A DNA stretch of 64,000 nt from an uncultured Bacilli bacterium (GCA_947632595.1 CANRPY010000006.1:802-64801), one strand, 5' to 3'. Numbered from the stretch's first letter, positions 8,606 through 17,813 are shown. Translations and numbers: made by a program. Notes: generated from the letters alone by a model not told the origin.

Positions 8606-9748
8606 ATGAAAAAAGGGTACTTTATTTTATTGTTTTTCCTAATTTTCCTTCCTTTTAGGGGGAATGCTTTAGAACTTATTCCTAATGCGAAGAGTGGTAT
8701 TTTAATAGAAGCAGGTAGTGGGAAGATTTTATATGAGAAAAATATTCATGAACAATATAGTGTTGCTTCTATGACGAAGATGGTTGCACAAATTCTTATT
8801 ATGGAAGAGTTAGAGGCAAAGAAGATTTCTTTAGATGATATTGTGACAGTGTCTAGAAATGCCAGTGAGATGGGTGGTTCACAAATCTATTTAGAAGAGG
8901 GAGAGAAAATTAGTGTTCGAGATTTATTAAAGGGAATTAGTGTTGCTTCTGGGAATGATGCGACTGTTGCGATGGCAGAATATATTAGTGGTAGTGAAGA
9001 GGCTTTTGTAAAAAGAATGAATCAAGTTGTTTCTCGTTTAAAATTAAAGCATACTCATTTTGAGAATTGTACGGGGCTTGATCAAAAAAATCATTATTCT
9101 AGTAGTTATGATATGGCAATGATTGCTAGAGAATTGGTGATGAATCATCCTAAGATTTTAGAATTTTCTTCTATTTATGAAGATTATTTAAGAGAAGATA
9201 CGGATCATAAATTTTGGCTGGTAAATACAAATAAATTAATTCATTTTTATGAGGGAGCAGATGGATTAAAGACAGGGCATACGGATGATGCAGGATATTG
9301 TTTAGCAGCAACTGCAAAGAGAAAAAATTTACGACTTATTGGAATTGTGCTTGGAGAAGAAGATAGCAAAGTTAGAAATCAAGAAACAACAGAACTACTA
9401 GATTATGGATTTTCTTCTGTACAATCTAAGTGTCTTTTCCCCAAAAATCATAAAGTGCAAGAAATCAAAGTAGATATGGCGAAACCTTCTAAAGTAGATA
9501 TTGTCTTAAAAGAAGATTTATGTGTTGTAGAAGAAAAAGGAGAAGAAAATGATTATCAATATCGTGTGCAATTAAACTCCTATTCCTATCCTTTCTATAA
9601 GGGAGATATTATTGGGAAAATAGAGGTGCTTTCTTCTAAAAAGGTTGTCGCAACAGGGGCTTTAACGGTTTCTAAAGATATTCATAAGTTATCTTTTCTT
9701 GAATTTTATAAAAGAACATTATTAAATTTTATTTCTGGTGTTTTTTAG
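8606..9748 (+). CDS. Serine-type D-Ala-D-Ala carboxypeptidase (PBP5/DacA/DacF class, S11)
   Basis: Signal peptide plus the three PBP motifs SMTK (SxxK), SGND (SxN) and KTGHT (KTG). A hairpin and T-run follow at about 9747-9770. Confidence 0.9.
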   Translation: MKKGYFILLFFLIFLPFRGNALELIPNAKSGILIEAGSGKILYEKNIHEQYSVASMTKMVAQILIMEELEAKKISLDDIVTVSRNASEMGGSQIYLEEGEKISVRDLLKGISVASGNDATVAMAEYISGSEEAFVKRMNQVVSRLKLKHTHFENCTGLDQKNHYSSSYDMAMIARELVMNHPKILEFSSIYEDYLREDTDHKFWLVNTNKLIHFYEGADGLKTGHTDDAGYCLAATAKRKNLRLIGIVLGEEDSKVRNQETTELLDYGFSSVQSKCLFPKNHKVQEIKVDMAKPSKVDIVLKEDLCVVEEKGEENDYQYRVQLNSYSYPFYKGDIIGKIEVLSSKKVVATGALTVSKDIHKLSFLEFYKRTLLNFISGVF

Positions 9749-9806
9749 TCTATTTATTAGACTTTTTTTATGGTATAATGATTAGTGTTAGATAGGAAGA
9801 TGTATC

Positions 9807-10754
9807 ATGAAAAAAAAGAAACCTTATAAATACAATTCAAAAAGTCGATTAACTCCTAATGCGAATTCTTTTCCTTTTAAAGTCAATAATATGAAAAATG
9901 ATGCGATTAAGAACTTAGAAAATACATTAACAAAGTTTCGTATTATTGAAGAACCTATTGAAGAAAAAGAAGAATTGGATAATAGTTTTTTAGAGGGTAG
10001 AGTTCCTAAAAAAGAAAAAAAAGAAAAGAAAAAAATTACTTCTAATGTTTCTTTTCTCTCTTTCTTTCGAAAATTATTTTTAGGGTTATCTTTTGTATGT
10101 GCTATTATTTTAGTTGTTTTATTTGTTTCTAATACGGTACGTAATGTATTTTTTCCACAAGTAAAGAAAGTTCTTTCTCTTTCTCAGAAGACTAGTTCTC
10201 CTACTTTAGATGATAATTATTTATTTGTTGGGGGAATGCATACCAATCGTTTTGCTTTAAAAGATTATGATTTAGATTTTCATTATGTGAATGCTAGTGA
10301 AAAGAAGTATACAACGAAAGACTTGCTTGAAAATATGAAGTCTTCTATTTATGATTATAATCCTTCTATTATCTTTTTAGAGTTTGGGTTTGATGATTAT
10401 CAAGAAGGAATTCGAGGAGAAGAATTCTTCTCTAATTATCGAAAAATTATAGAGGAGATTCATGAGAATCGACCAGATGCTGTTATTTATATAGAATCTT
10501 TTTATCCTATTAATACAGAGTTAAAGAAATTTGATGAGGATTTATTAAAAAAGAAGGTTACTTCTAATGAAATTCTTGAAGTTAATCAACAATTGAAGAA
10601 GCTTGCGAAGGAAGTAGATGCTACTTACCTTGATTTATATGCTTCTTTAAAGAAAGGAAAAGTGCTAAATCCTATTTATACAGATAATGGTGTTACTTTA
10701 AATGAAAATGGGTATCAAAAAATAGTGAATGAAATTCAAAAAGTGGTAGGTTGA
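9807..10754 (+). CDS. Membrane-anchored SGNH/GDSL-fold protein with substituted catalytic residues (putative pseudoenzyme)
   Basis: Lys/Glu-rich N-terminus, one TM, then an SGNH-like block order: block I LFVGGMHT (for GDSxT), block III LEFGFDDY (for GxND), block V DNGVTLNENGY (for DGxHxNxxGY). TGgTATAAT promoter at 9771-9779. Confidence 0.55.
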   Translation: MKKKKPYKYNSKSRLTPNANSFPFKVNNMKNDAIKNLENTLTKFRIIEEPIEEKEELDNSFLEGRVPKKEKKEKKKITSNVSFLSFFRKLFLGLSFVCAIILVVLFVSNTVRNVFFPQVKKVLSLSQKTSSPTLDDNYLFVGGMHTNRFALKDYDLDFHYVNASEKKYTTKDLLENMKSSIYDYNPSIIFLEFGFDDYQEGIRGEEFFSNYRKIIEEIHENRPDAVIYIESFYPINTELKKFDEDLLKKKVTSNEILEVNQQLKKLAKEVDATYLDLYASLKKGKVLNPIYTDNGVTLNENGYQKIVNEIQKVVG

Positions 10755-10758
10755 TAAA

Positions 10759-12000
10759 ATGAAAGATAAGATATTAGAAAATCGTTTATATTGTTTTTTT
10801 ATCAGTAGTGTTTTCTTATTTCTTGTCTTTTTTTATTTTGTTTTCTTTTTGATTAATCGAGATTTTTTATTGGAGTATCAAAGTCGTGTATTTCCTAATG
10901 TTTTATTAGATTCTTATGATTTGTCGAATGAATCTTATTCTCAAGTTGCTTCTTTTTTTCAACAAAGAGAAGATGAAATTCTTGATCAAAAAGTTGTTTT
11001 TTCTTATCAAGGAAAAGAGGTGGAAGCAACTCTTAAAGATATTGGGTTAGAGATTGATTCTTCTTTAACGATACAAGAAATTCAAAATTTTCAAAAGCAG
11101 TTATCTTATTCTAAAAAGTTATTGATGATGAATGAGAATTCTACTTCCTATCAATTTCCTTTTTATTATTCTTTAAAAGAAGAAGATTTTCGTAAGTTCT
11201 TTGAAGAGTTAGAAAAACAAGTTAATGTTTCTCCTACGAATGGTTATTTTGATACGAGTAATGGGGTTGTTTATCATGAGGGGAATGTTGGTTATCAGAT
11301 TGATTATTCTAAAAATTTACAACTGATTCAAGATACTTTTGCGGGAAATTATGATTTTCAAAATCTTAAGATTTCTTTAATTGGAGAAGAGGTTCCTTCT
11401 TCTTATCAAGAATCTTACTCTCAGATAGATACTTTGGTTTCTTCTTTTGTTACTACGTTTGATTGGATTCCTTTACGTATTCAGAATTTAGAGACAGGTG
11501 TTCGTTATGTAAATGGGGCTATTGTAGAGCCGGGAGAAGTATTTTCTTTTTATCGGTATGCGGGTCCTTATAATAAAAATGGATATATTTTCTATTATGA
11601 ATATGTTGGAAATGGTGTTTGTCAGGTAGCAACTACTGTTTATGATGCTGCTTTACTAGGAGGGCATGAGATTGTTACTCGTTCTCCTCATAAGAAAAAG
11701 AGTGTTTATGTAGATGGAGGACTTGATGCGACTGTTGCTTCTTCTGATGATGGAAGTTGGAATACGGATATGCAGTTTCGAAATGTTTACTCTTATCCAA
11801 TTTACATTAAAGCTTATATTGTTGGACAAGAAATTCATGTAGAGTTTTGGTCGAATCATGATGCTCTTCAAGGAAAGAGTTATCGATTAGAATCTGTTTG
11901 GCTTGGAGGTAGGGGATATCAATCTTATCGATATACTTATCAAGATGGAGTAGAAGTTTCTAAAGAGTTGATTGCAACAACATGGTATCCAGAAGATTAG
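10759..12000 (+). CDS. VanW family protein (N-terminal TM)
   Basis: VanW core pattern EPGEVFSF...GNGVCQVATTVYDAALLGGHEIVTRSPH...GLDATV...DMQFRN. Confidence 0.8.
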   Translation: MKDKILENRLYCFFISSVFLFLVFFYFVFFLINRDFLLEYQSRVFPNVLLDSYDLSNESYSQVASFFQQREDEILDQKVVFSYQGKEVEATLKDIGLEIDSSLTIQEIQNFQKQLSYSKKLLMMNENSTSYQFPFYYSLKEEDFRKFFEELEKQVNVSPTNGYFDTSNGVVYHEGNVGYQIDYSKNLQLIQDTFAGNYDFQNLKISLIGEEVPSSYQESYSQIDTLVSSFVTTFDWIPLRIQNLETGVRYVNGAIVEPGEVFSFYRYAGPYNKNGYIFYYEYVGNGVCQVATTVYDAALLGGHEIVTRSPHKKKSVYVDGGLDATVASSDDGSWNTDMQFRNVYSYPIYIKAYIVGQEIHVEFWSNHDALQGKSYRLESVWLGGRGYQSYRYTYQDGVEVSKELIATTWYPED

Positions 12001-12055
12001 TGTTCTAATCTTCTTTTTTTGTACATATGATACTTTAGAAAGCGAGGAATTCATT

Positions 12056-12316
12056 TTGGAAATATTAAAAGTTAGTAGCAAATCTAATCCGAATAGTGTG
12101 GCAGGTGCAATTGCAAATGTCTTTCGAGAAAAGGGATGTGTTGAAGTACAAGCAGTAGGGGCTGGAGCTCTTAATCAGGCTGTTAAGGCAATTGCGATTG
12201 CACGTGGCTTTGTGGCACCAACAGGAGCTAATTTAGTCTGTATTCCGGCATTTCAAGATATTTTAATTGATACGGAAGAACGTACTGCTATCAAGTTAAT
12301 TGTAGAAGCAAAATAG
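12056..12316 (+). CDS. spoVS: Stage V sporulation protein S
   Basis: The 86-aa product (M/L)EILKVSSKSNPNSVAGAIANVFREKG...IPAFQDILIDTEERTAIKLIVEAK is near-collinear with B. subtilis SpoVS. TTG start at 12056 with RBS GCGAGGAA. The ORF-track extension to 11972 overlaps vanW and is rejected. Confidence 0.9.
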   Translation: MEILKVSSKSNPNSVAGAIANVFREKGCVEVQAVGAGALNQAVKAIAIARGFVAPTGANLVCIPAFQDILIDTEERTAIKLIVEAK

Positions 12317-12383
12317 CTTCTTTTCTTTTGTTGTAATTTTTTTTAAATTATCTTATAATTTATTTAGAATAGGAGTGATTTCT

Positions 12384-13592
12384 ATGAATGATAATACTTC
12401 TTTAGAAACTTATATTTGTTCTAGATGTGGAAATGAAGTTAACAGAAAATCGAGATACTGTATGAAGTGTGGAAATCTTAATCCTGATCATCCAGATAAT
12501 GCGAAATATTTGTCTTTGATCAATCAAAATGGAAAGATGGAATATCAAGTAGGGGAGAATGGTATTTCTGTACAACAACCTAAAGTGAATCAAAATGAAG
12601 TGAATGCTCAAGGCGTTCTGATTTCTTTTGGAGATCATATGGGAAGTTTTAACTTATGCTTCTTTCTCAATTATTTTTTCTTTTTGTTTCTTTGTATTGG
12701 ATTATTTATTTCACAATACATGGTTTGTGGAGATTTTATTACTCTTGCAAGAACAGATTTTAGTTATGTCCTTTTTATTCTTTCTCTTTTATCCATTTTT
12801 ACGTATTCTTATCAATTATTATTTATGAAGATGAATACTAGATGGTGGCTTGCTTTCTTTCCCATTGTAAATCTTTATTTCTTTGCTTATGCTATCAATC
12901 ATAATAAACTTCTTAGTTTTTTAGTCTATGTACCTATTATTGGAGAGTTTTATTTATTAGACTTATATTGGAAATTAGGAAAGGCTTTTCGTTCTAGTGG
13001 TCTTCTTACTATATTATTTCCTTTTATTATGATTCCTATCTTTGGATTTGGAAGTAGTGCTTTTGAAGGGGTTTGTTATATTAGTGGTAGAGATACTTTA
13101 GAAAAAGAGTATTCTAAGAAAAAACTATTTTTAGTGAGTTGTGTTATTTGTATTATTCTTTCTCTTGTTATGATTATTTTTGCTCATACGGTTCAGATAC
13201 ATGAGGGAATTGATGAAGTTAGTAGTTATTATTTGTATTATGCTTCTCAAAAAGTTGTAAGAAGAACGAAATTAAGAGTCGAGAAAAATCTAATTGAATG
13301 TGATCAGAAACAAGAAAATACGATTTATTTACATTTCCAAGATTTAGAAGATTATTTCAGCCTTCCTTTTTATGTTTACCGAGATCCGATAGAAGCAGTT
13401 ATAAAAGTGTATATGCCTAATGGGGAAGGAGATCCTAGTAGTTTTCAATATTATATTTCGATGACAGATGGAACTTATGGATATCCAGAGACTCCTGTTG
13501 ACCAGGTTCGTATTAAAACGATTCAAAAATATAAAGAGTTAGATTCTTCTTATGAGAGTGGAAACCAATGTTATTTTAAAAGAAGTGCTTGA
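12384..13592 (+). CDS. Zinc-ribbon-containing polytopic membrane protein, unknown function
   Basis: N-terminal CSRCGNEVNRKSRYCMKCGN (CxxC-N10-CxxC), about 6 TM helices, and a ~120 aa C-terminal soluble domain. ATG 12384 with RBS TAGGAGTG. Confidence 0.55.
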   Translation: MNDNTSLETYICSRCGNEVNRKSRYCMKCGNLNPDHPDNAKYLSLINQNGKMEYQVGENGISVQQPKVNQNEVNAQGVLISFGDHMGSFNLCFFLNYFFFLFLCIGLFISQYMVCGDFITLARTDFSYVLFILSLLSIFTYSYQLLFMKMNTRWWLAFFPIVNLYFFAYAINHNKLLSFLVYVPIIGEFYLLDLYWKLGKAFRSSGLLTILFPFIMIPIFGFGSSAFEGVCYISGRDTLEKEYSKKKLFLVSCVICIILSLVMIIFAHTVQIHEGIDEVSSYYLYYASQKVVRRTKLRVEKNLIECDQKQENTIYLHFQDLEDYFSLPFYVYRDPIEAVIKVYMPNGEGDPSSFQYYISMTDGTYGYPETPVDQVRIKTIQKYKELDSSYESGNQCYFKRSA

Positions 13593-13617
13593 AAAAGTTA
13601 GAAATATTTACTATAAT
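13589..13617 (+). promoter_or_regulatory. Sigma-A type promoter of the serS leader
   Basis: TTGAAA (13589-13594), 17 nt spacer, TATAAT (13612-13617). Confidence 0.7.
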
Positions 13618-13624
13618 AGACTCA

Positions 13625-13820
13625 AGTCGATAATTAGAACTAATAATAAGAATGTTTAATGGTAGAGAATTCGTGGTTGGTGAAAACGATATTAAAGTCT
13701 TATTTATCTACTCTATAGATGAATGTATATTCCGGGTGATACCGTTATTTAATTAAGTGAAAAGTAAGGATGGTACCGTGCAACTTGCACTCCTTTGGTA
13801 TCATCCTTTTTTATTTTTTT
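13625..13820 (+). promoter_or_regulatory. T-box leader (tRNA-sensing riboswitch) controlling serS
   Basis: AGAGA bulge and GGTTGGTG distal-loop-like element (13663-13682). F-box-like CCGTTA (13741-13746). T-box core AAGGATGGTACCGTGC (13766-13781) overlaps the 5' arm of terminator AAGGATGGTACC...GGTATCATCCTT plus a T-run. Tentative Ser specifier UCU-A at 13707-13710. Confidence 0.8.
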
Positions 13821-13836
13821 ATAAGGAGGAGAAAAT

Positions 13837-15123
13837 ATGATAGATATTAAATTAATTCGTGAGAATAAGGATGCAGTAAAAGAAAACATTAAAAAGAAAT
13901 TTCAAGATGAAAAATTACCTTTGGTAGATGAAGTTTATGAACTTGATAAGAAGGTTCGTGATGTTCAAGTACGTATGGATAATTTGAAAGCAGAGAAAAA
14001 TAAGCTTAGTGGGGAAATTGGAAAACTTATGAAAGAGGGTAAGAAGGATGATGCAGAAGATGTTAAAAAAACCATTGCTGCTTCTGCTGATGAAATTTCT
14101 AAGCTAGAAAATGAACTTGGTGAGATTAGTGCTCAAATTAAGGAAAAGATGATGGTAATTCCTCAAATTATTGATGAATCTGTTCCTATTGGACATGATG
14201 ATAGTGAAAATGTAGAGGTCGAAAAATTTGGAGATCCTGTTGTTCCTAAGTATGAGATTCCATATCATGCCGATATTATTGAAGCGGTTGGAGGAATGGA
14301 TAAAGATGCTGCTGGTAGAACTTCTGGACAAGGATTTTACTATTTGCTTGGGGATATTGCTAGACTTCATGAAGCTATGATTGCTTATGCAAGAGACTTT
14401 ATGATTGATGCTGGATTTACGTATGCTATACCACCTTTTATGATTCATAGTGATGTTGTTACTGGTGTTATGTCTTTCCCTGAAATGGAAGCTATGATGT
14501 ATAAGATTGAAGGAGAAGATTTATATTTGATTGGTACTTCTGAGCATTCTATGATTGGTAAATTTAAAGATCAAATCTTGAAAAAAGAAGAATTGCCTAT
14601 TCATATGACAAGTTATTCTCCATGTTTCCGTAAAGAGGGAGGGAGTCATGGTCTAGAAGAAAGAGGTCTTTATCGTGTTCACCAATTTGAAAAACAAGAA
14701 ATGATTGTTATTTGTGAACCAGAAGATTCTATGGATTGGTATGAGAAGATGTGGAAATTAACGGTACAATTATTCCGTAATTTTGATGTTCCTGTAAGAC
14801 AGTTAGAATGTTGTAGTGGAGACTTAGCAGATTTAAAAGTAAAATCTTGTGATATTGAAGCATGGAGCCCTCGTCAACAAAAATATTTCGAAGTTGGTTC
14901 TTGCAGTACATTAGGAGATGCTCAAGCAAGACGTTTAGGAATTCGTACAAAGGGAGAAAAAGGAACTTACTATTTACATACGTTAAATAATACCGTTGTT
15001 GCATCTCCAAGAGGATTAATTGCTTTGATTGAGAATAATTATCAAGAAGATGGTAGTATCTTAATTCCTAAAGCTTTACAACCTTACATGGGTGGAAAGA
15101 CTAAGATTGAGAAAGTACAATAA
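13837..15123 (+). CDS. serS: Seryl-tRNA synthetase
   Basis: 428 aa. N-terminal coiled-coil arm and class II motifs (GTSEHS, CFRKEGGSHG). Preceded by the T-box; a terminator follows at about 15135-15165. Confidence 0.95.
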   Translation: MIDIKLIRENKDAVKENIKKKFQDEKLPLVDEVYELDKKVRDVQVRMDNLKAEKNKLSGEIGKLMKEGKKDDAEDVKKTIAASADEISKLENELGEISAQIKEKMMVIPQIIDESVPIGHDDSENVEVEKFGDPVVPKYEIPYHADIIEAVGGMDKDAAGRTSGQGFYYLLGDIARLHEAMIAYARDFMIDAGFTYAIPPFMIHSDVVTGVMSFPEMEAMMYKIEGEDLYLIGTSEHSMIGKFKDQILKKEELPIHMTSYSPCFRKEGGSHGLEERGLYRVHQFEKQEMIVICEPEDSMDWYEKMWKLTVQLFRNFDVPVRQLECCSGDLADLKVKSCDIEAWSPRQQKYFEVGSCSTLGDAQARRLGIRTKGEKGTYYLHTLNNTVVASPRGLIALIENNYQEDGSILIPKALQPYMGGKTKIEKVQ

Positions 15124-15215
15124 GACATTTTAAAGAAGGATTTTGATAGAGATCCTTTTTTTATTTTTCATTTTCATCATTCAATGTTACAATGATAATA
15201 GTAGGATGTGATGAT

Positions 15216-15914
15216 ATGGCTGTTTTAATAGGAGTTCTTATTTTTATTGGTTTTTGTGTTTTTGTTTACTTTTTTATTCGACATAAAATTCGTAAGACGC
15301 TTAATCGTGCTGGATTTCAAGGAATGAATCTTATGGATGTTATTGAAGAAGCTAGATTAGAAGATCAAGAAGTTCCTAAGTCTTTGTCTAGTATGGATCG
15401 TATTTATTTAGAGAATATTCGAAAAGATTTTCCAGATATTTCTATTGAAGAATTAAAAAGAAATGCAGAGAGTAATTTATTAGATACTTATCGGGCTATC
15501 GAGAAAAAAGATTCTTCTTCCTTAAAGGGAAAGTTAAAAAGCTTTGCGGATAAAATGATTTCTGAGTATCAAGGAAGAGATATTTCTTTTGATGAGTTTC
15601 ATATTCACAATACGGTTATTTCTAAATATCAAAAAGAGGGTGGAGTTGCGACTATTACGTTAGCTTCTAGTTTTCAGTATTATTTTACAGAGAAAGGGAA
15701 ACGTGTTAAGACACAGGATCGGGTACGTGAAGAATATATTTATGTTTATGATATGAGTAAAGTAGATAGTAATCTTAAAAATTTAGGAATTCATTGCCCT
15801 AATTGTGGGGCTCCTATTACGACGCTTGGAGAGAAGAGTTGTCAGTATTGTGGAAGTACTACGATTGCTTTTATTGGACGTATCTTTACATGCAATGATA
15901 TTGTTCGATATTAA
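15216..15914 (+). CDS. TM + NTF2/Tim44-like domain + C-terminal zinc-ribbon protein
   Basis: N-terminal helix VLIGVLIFIGFCVFVYFFI. The central ~150 aa have a Tim44-like helix-then-sheet pattern (by eye only). C-terminus is CPNCGAPITTLGEKSCQYCG. ATG 15216 is preceded by TAGGATGTGAT. Confidence 0.45.
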   Translation: MAVLIGVLIFIGFCVFVYFFIRHKIRKTLNRAGFQGMNLMDVIEEARLEDQEVPKSLSSMDRIYLENIRKDFPDISIEELKRNAESNLLDTYRAIEKKDSSSLKGKLKSFADKMISEYQGRDISFDEFHIHNTVISKYQKEGGVATITLASSFQYYFTEKGKRVKTQDRVREEYIYVYDMSKVDSNLKNLGIHCPNCGAPITTLGEKSCQYCGSTTIAFIGRIFTCNDIVRY

Positions 15915-15949
15915 AACTTTTGATATAATTTATGATAGGATGTGATACT

Positions 15950-16924
15950 ATGAACGAGAATGAATCTATGTTCCAACCGGAACTAGGGAATTTTGCAACG
16001 GATGATACGAATGCGGTTGTTGTTCCTAGTGCTGTAGAAAGTAGTTATAATCCTGTTCCTGATACGGAACAGATTCCTTGTTATACTTTTTCTTGTGGAG
16101 ATTGTCATACTGTTTATAGTACAATCCAAGAAGCAAGTGGAAATATTTGTGTTTTCTGTGGTGGAAAAAATGTTCAAAAGATTGAATCTTCTGATTTTCA
16201 ATCTTATCTTGTTGTTCCTTTTACGCAAACTTTAGAAGATGCTATTAGCGAGTATAAGAAAAAACTTCGACTAAATCCTTTTGAACCATTTTCTTTTGTG
16301 AAAAAGTCTACCATTGCGCAAATGAAAAAAATTTATATTCCTTGTATGTTATATGACTTTAATGTGGCAGGAAGTGTTGTTTTTTTAGCAGCAGATAAAG
16401 CTAGTAAAGTTCCTAATGCTCCTATGCAAAAGTTTGAAAGTCTATATACTACGAATTTTGATTATAGTAATTTGTTAATGTCTCAGTATTCTAAAATAGG
16501 AGATTCCTATTTAAGTACTTTAAATGAATATACTTTTTCTGATCTTACTGATCTTAAACTGGAACAAATTGGAGATAGTTATCTTATTTCTGGAGATGCT
16601 GATTTAGAGCAAATGCTTGAGAGTGCTAGAGAAAAGGTTGGAAAACATTCTGTTCATATTGTTAGAGAAAATATTCCTCATGAGTTAAAGAAATTACAAA
16701 ATAATAATACTGTTACTTCTAATTTATCTATTCGTAAGGTATTTGTTCCTATGTATTATATTAATTTAAAACATAAGGGAAAAGCTCATATCTTTCTTAT
16801 GAATGGACAAAATGGAAAGTCTATTATTGATTTACCAATGAGTGGAGCTAGTATTTTTGTATTTAGTGTCTTTGTTTTTGTGGTTATCTTTTTACTTGTT
16901 TCTCTTATTGCATATTTTATTTAG
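15950..16924 (+). CDS. ydjG: YdjG-like zinc-ribbon protein with C-terminal TM anchor
   Basis: CGDCHTVYSTIQEASGNICVFCGG zinc ribbon near the N-terminus and a C-terminal helix IFVFSVFVFVVIFLLVSLIAYFI. Size and position upstream of the TPM and SPFH genes match B. subtilis ydjG. Confidence 0.45.
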   Translation: MNENESMFQPELGNFATDDTNAVVVPSAVESSYNPVPDTEQIPCYTFSCGDCHTVYSTIQEASGNICVFCGGKNVQKIESSDFQSYLVVPFTQTLEDAISEYKKKLRLNPFEPFSFVKKSTIAQMKKIYIPCMLYDFNVAGSVVFLAADKASKVPNAPMQKFESLYTTNFDYSNLLMSQYSKIGDSYLSTLNEYTFSDLTDLKLEQIGDSYLISGDADLEQMLESAREKVGKHSVHIVRENIPHELKKLQNNNTVTSNLSIRKVFVPMYYINLKHKGKAHIFLMNGQNGKSIIDLPMSGASIFVFSVFVFVVIFLLVSLIAYFI

Positions 16925-16936
16925 GAGGTATCTATT

Positions 16937-17740
16937 ATGAAGAGATATTTATGGATTCTTTTACTTTTTATCTTTCTTGTAGGACTTCCTGTTTCTGCAG
17001 CTCCTGTTCAATATACTAGAACGAAAAATTCGCCTCGTCTTCCAAAAGATGTGTCTTTGGAAACCGTGAATTTGGATGATGTTTTAAAGACACCTTCCGT
17101 AGATGCGAAAGCTAAGATTTATGATTTTGCGGATTTGTTATCTGAAGCAGAAGAAGCACAAGTCTATATTCAATTAAATGAATACATTAAAAATACGGGA
17201 ATTGATGCTATTATCGTTACTACCGATGATTTAGCTGGTTTTGAAATTAATGATTATATTTATCATTTCTATGATTATAATGATTTTCAAAATATAGGAA
17301 TCTCTTTTGTTCTTTATACCAATAATGGAAATCCAAGTGTTTTTGTTGGTAGAAATGGACCTAAGGGTAGTGAGGTTTTTAATGCTTATCCTGATGCTAC
17401 GATTAGTAGTGTGTTAAAAACGATTTATACACAGCATATTGCAAAAGGTAATTATGTTGGTGCTTTTCAAACTTATATTCAATTAATTGATGGAATCTTT
17501 GTTAAAGTGTATGGACAAGAGCCAATTGGTACGGCAAGTACTAAGAGTTTTCCTTGGGTAGAAGTGATTGTCATTTCTTTTGCACTATCTTTTATCATTG
17601 TTTTACTTGTTATTTCTAAGTATCAAAGACCATTAAAATTAATTGATTATACTGTTAAAAATAGTGTGAATGAGACTACTATGATTGTCAAATGTGAACA
17701 TGATAGACCAGTAGTTGCCAATACGGGAGGGAATTCTTAA
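16937..17740 (+). CDS. ydjH: TPM-domain membrane protein (YdjH/YgcG-like)
   Basis: Signal peptide, TPM-type start IYDFADLLSEAEEAQVYIQLNEYIKNTGIDAIIVTTDD, and a C-terminal TM VIVISFALSFIIVLLVI. Confidence 0.65.
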   Translation: MKRYLWILLLFIFLVGLPVSAAPVQYTRTKNSPRLPKDVSLETVNLDDVLKTPSVDAKAKIYDFADLLSEAEEAQVYIQLNEYIKNTGIDAIIVTTDDLAGFEINDYIYHFYDYNDFQNIGISFVLYTNNGNPSVFVGRNGPKGSEVFNAYPDATISSVLKTIYTQHIAKGNYVGAFQTYIQLIDGIFVKVYGQEPIGTASTKSFPWVEVIVISFALSFIIVLLVISKYQRPLKLIDYTVKNSVNETTMIVKCEHDRPVVANTGGNS

Positions 17741-17813
17741 AAAAACTTTATTTTAAAAAAATTATATATTATAATAATAGTAAGATAAAATTAGATGTAA
17801 AGGAGATTAATTT

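Noticed and set aside
11972-12055. N-terminal extension of the spoVS ORF overlapping the vanW 3' end.
   Set aside because: The SpoVS family is 86 aa. A TTG at 12056 with an upstream GAGGAA RBS gives exactly that length. The extension has no homology logic and overlaps the VanW coding region.
14104-14448. A 114-aa antisense ORF inside serS.
   Set aside because: It is fully contained in a highly conserved aminoacyl-tRNA synthetase gene. It is a typical AT-rich antisense shadow ORF.
15192-15949. Upstream in-frame ATGs giving N-termini MIIVGCDDM and MIGCDTM for the first two genes of the ydj-like module.
   Set aside because: No RBS precedes those ATGs, and they overlap the -10 hexamers. The shared peptide is a by-product of the repeated TAGGATGTGAT leader. 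The downstream ATGs have proper SD spacing.
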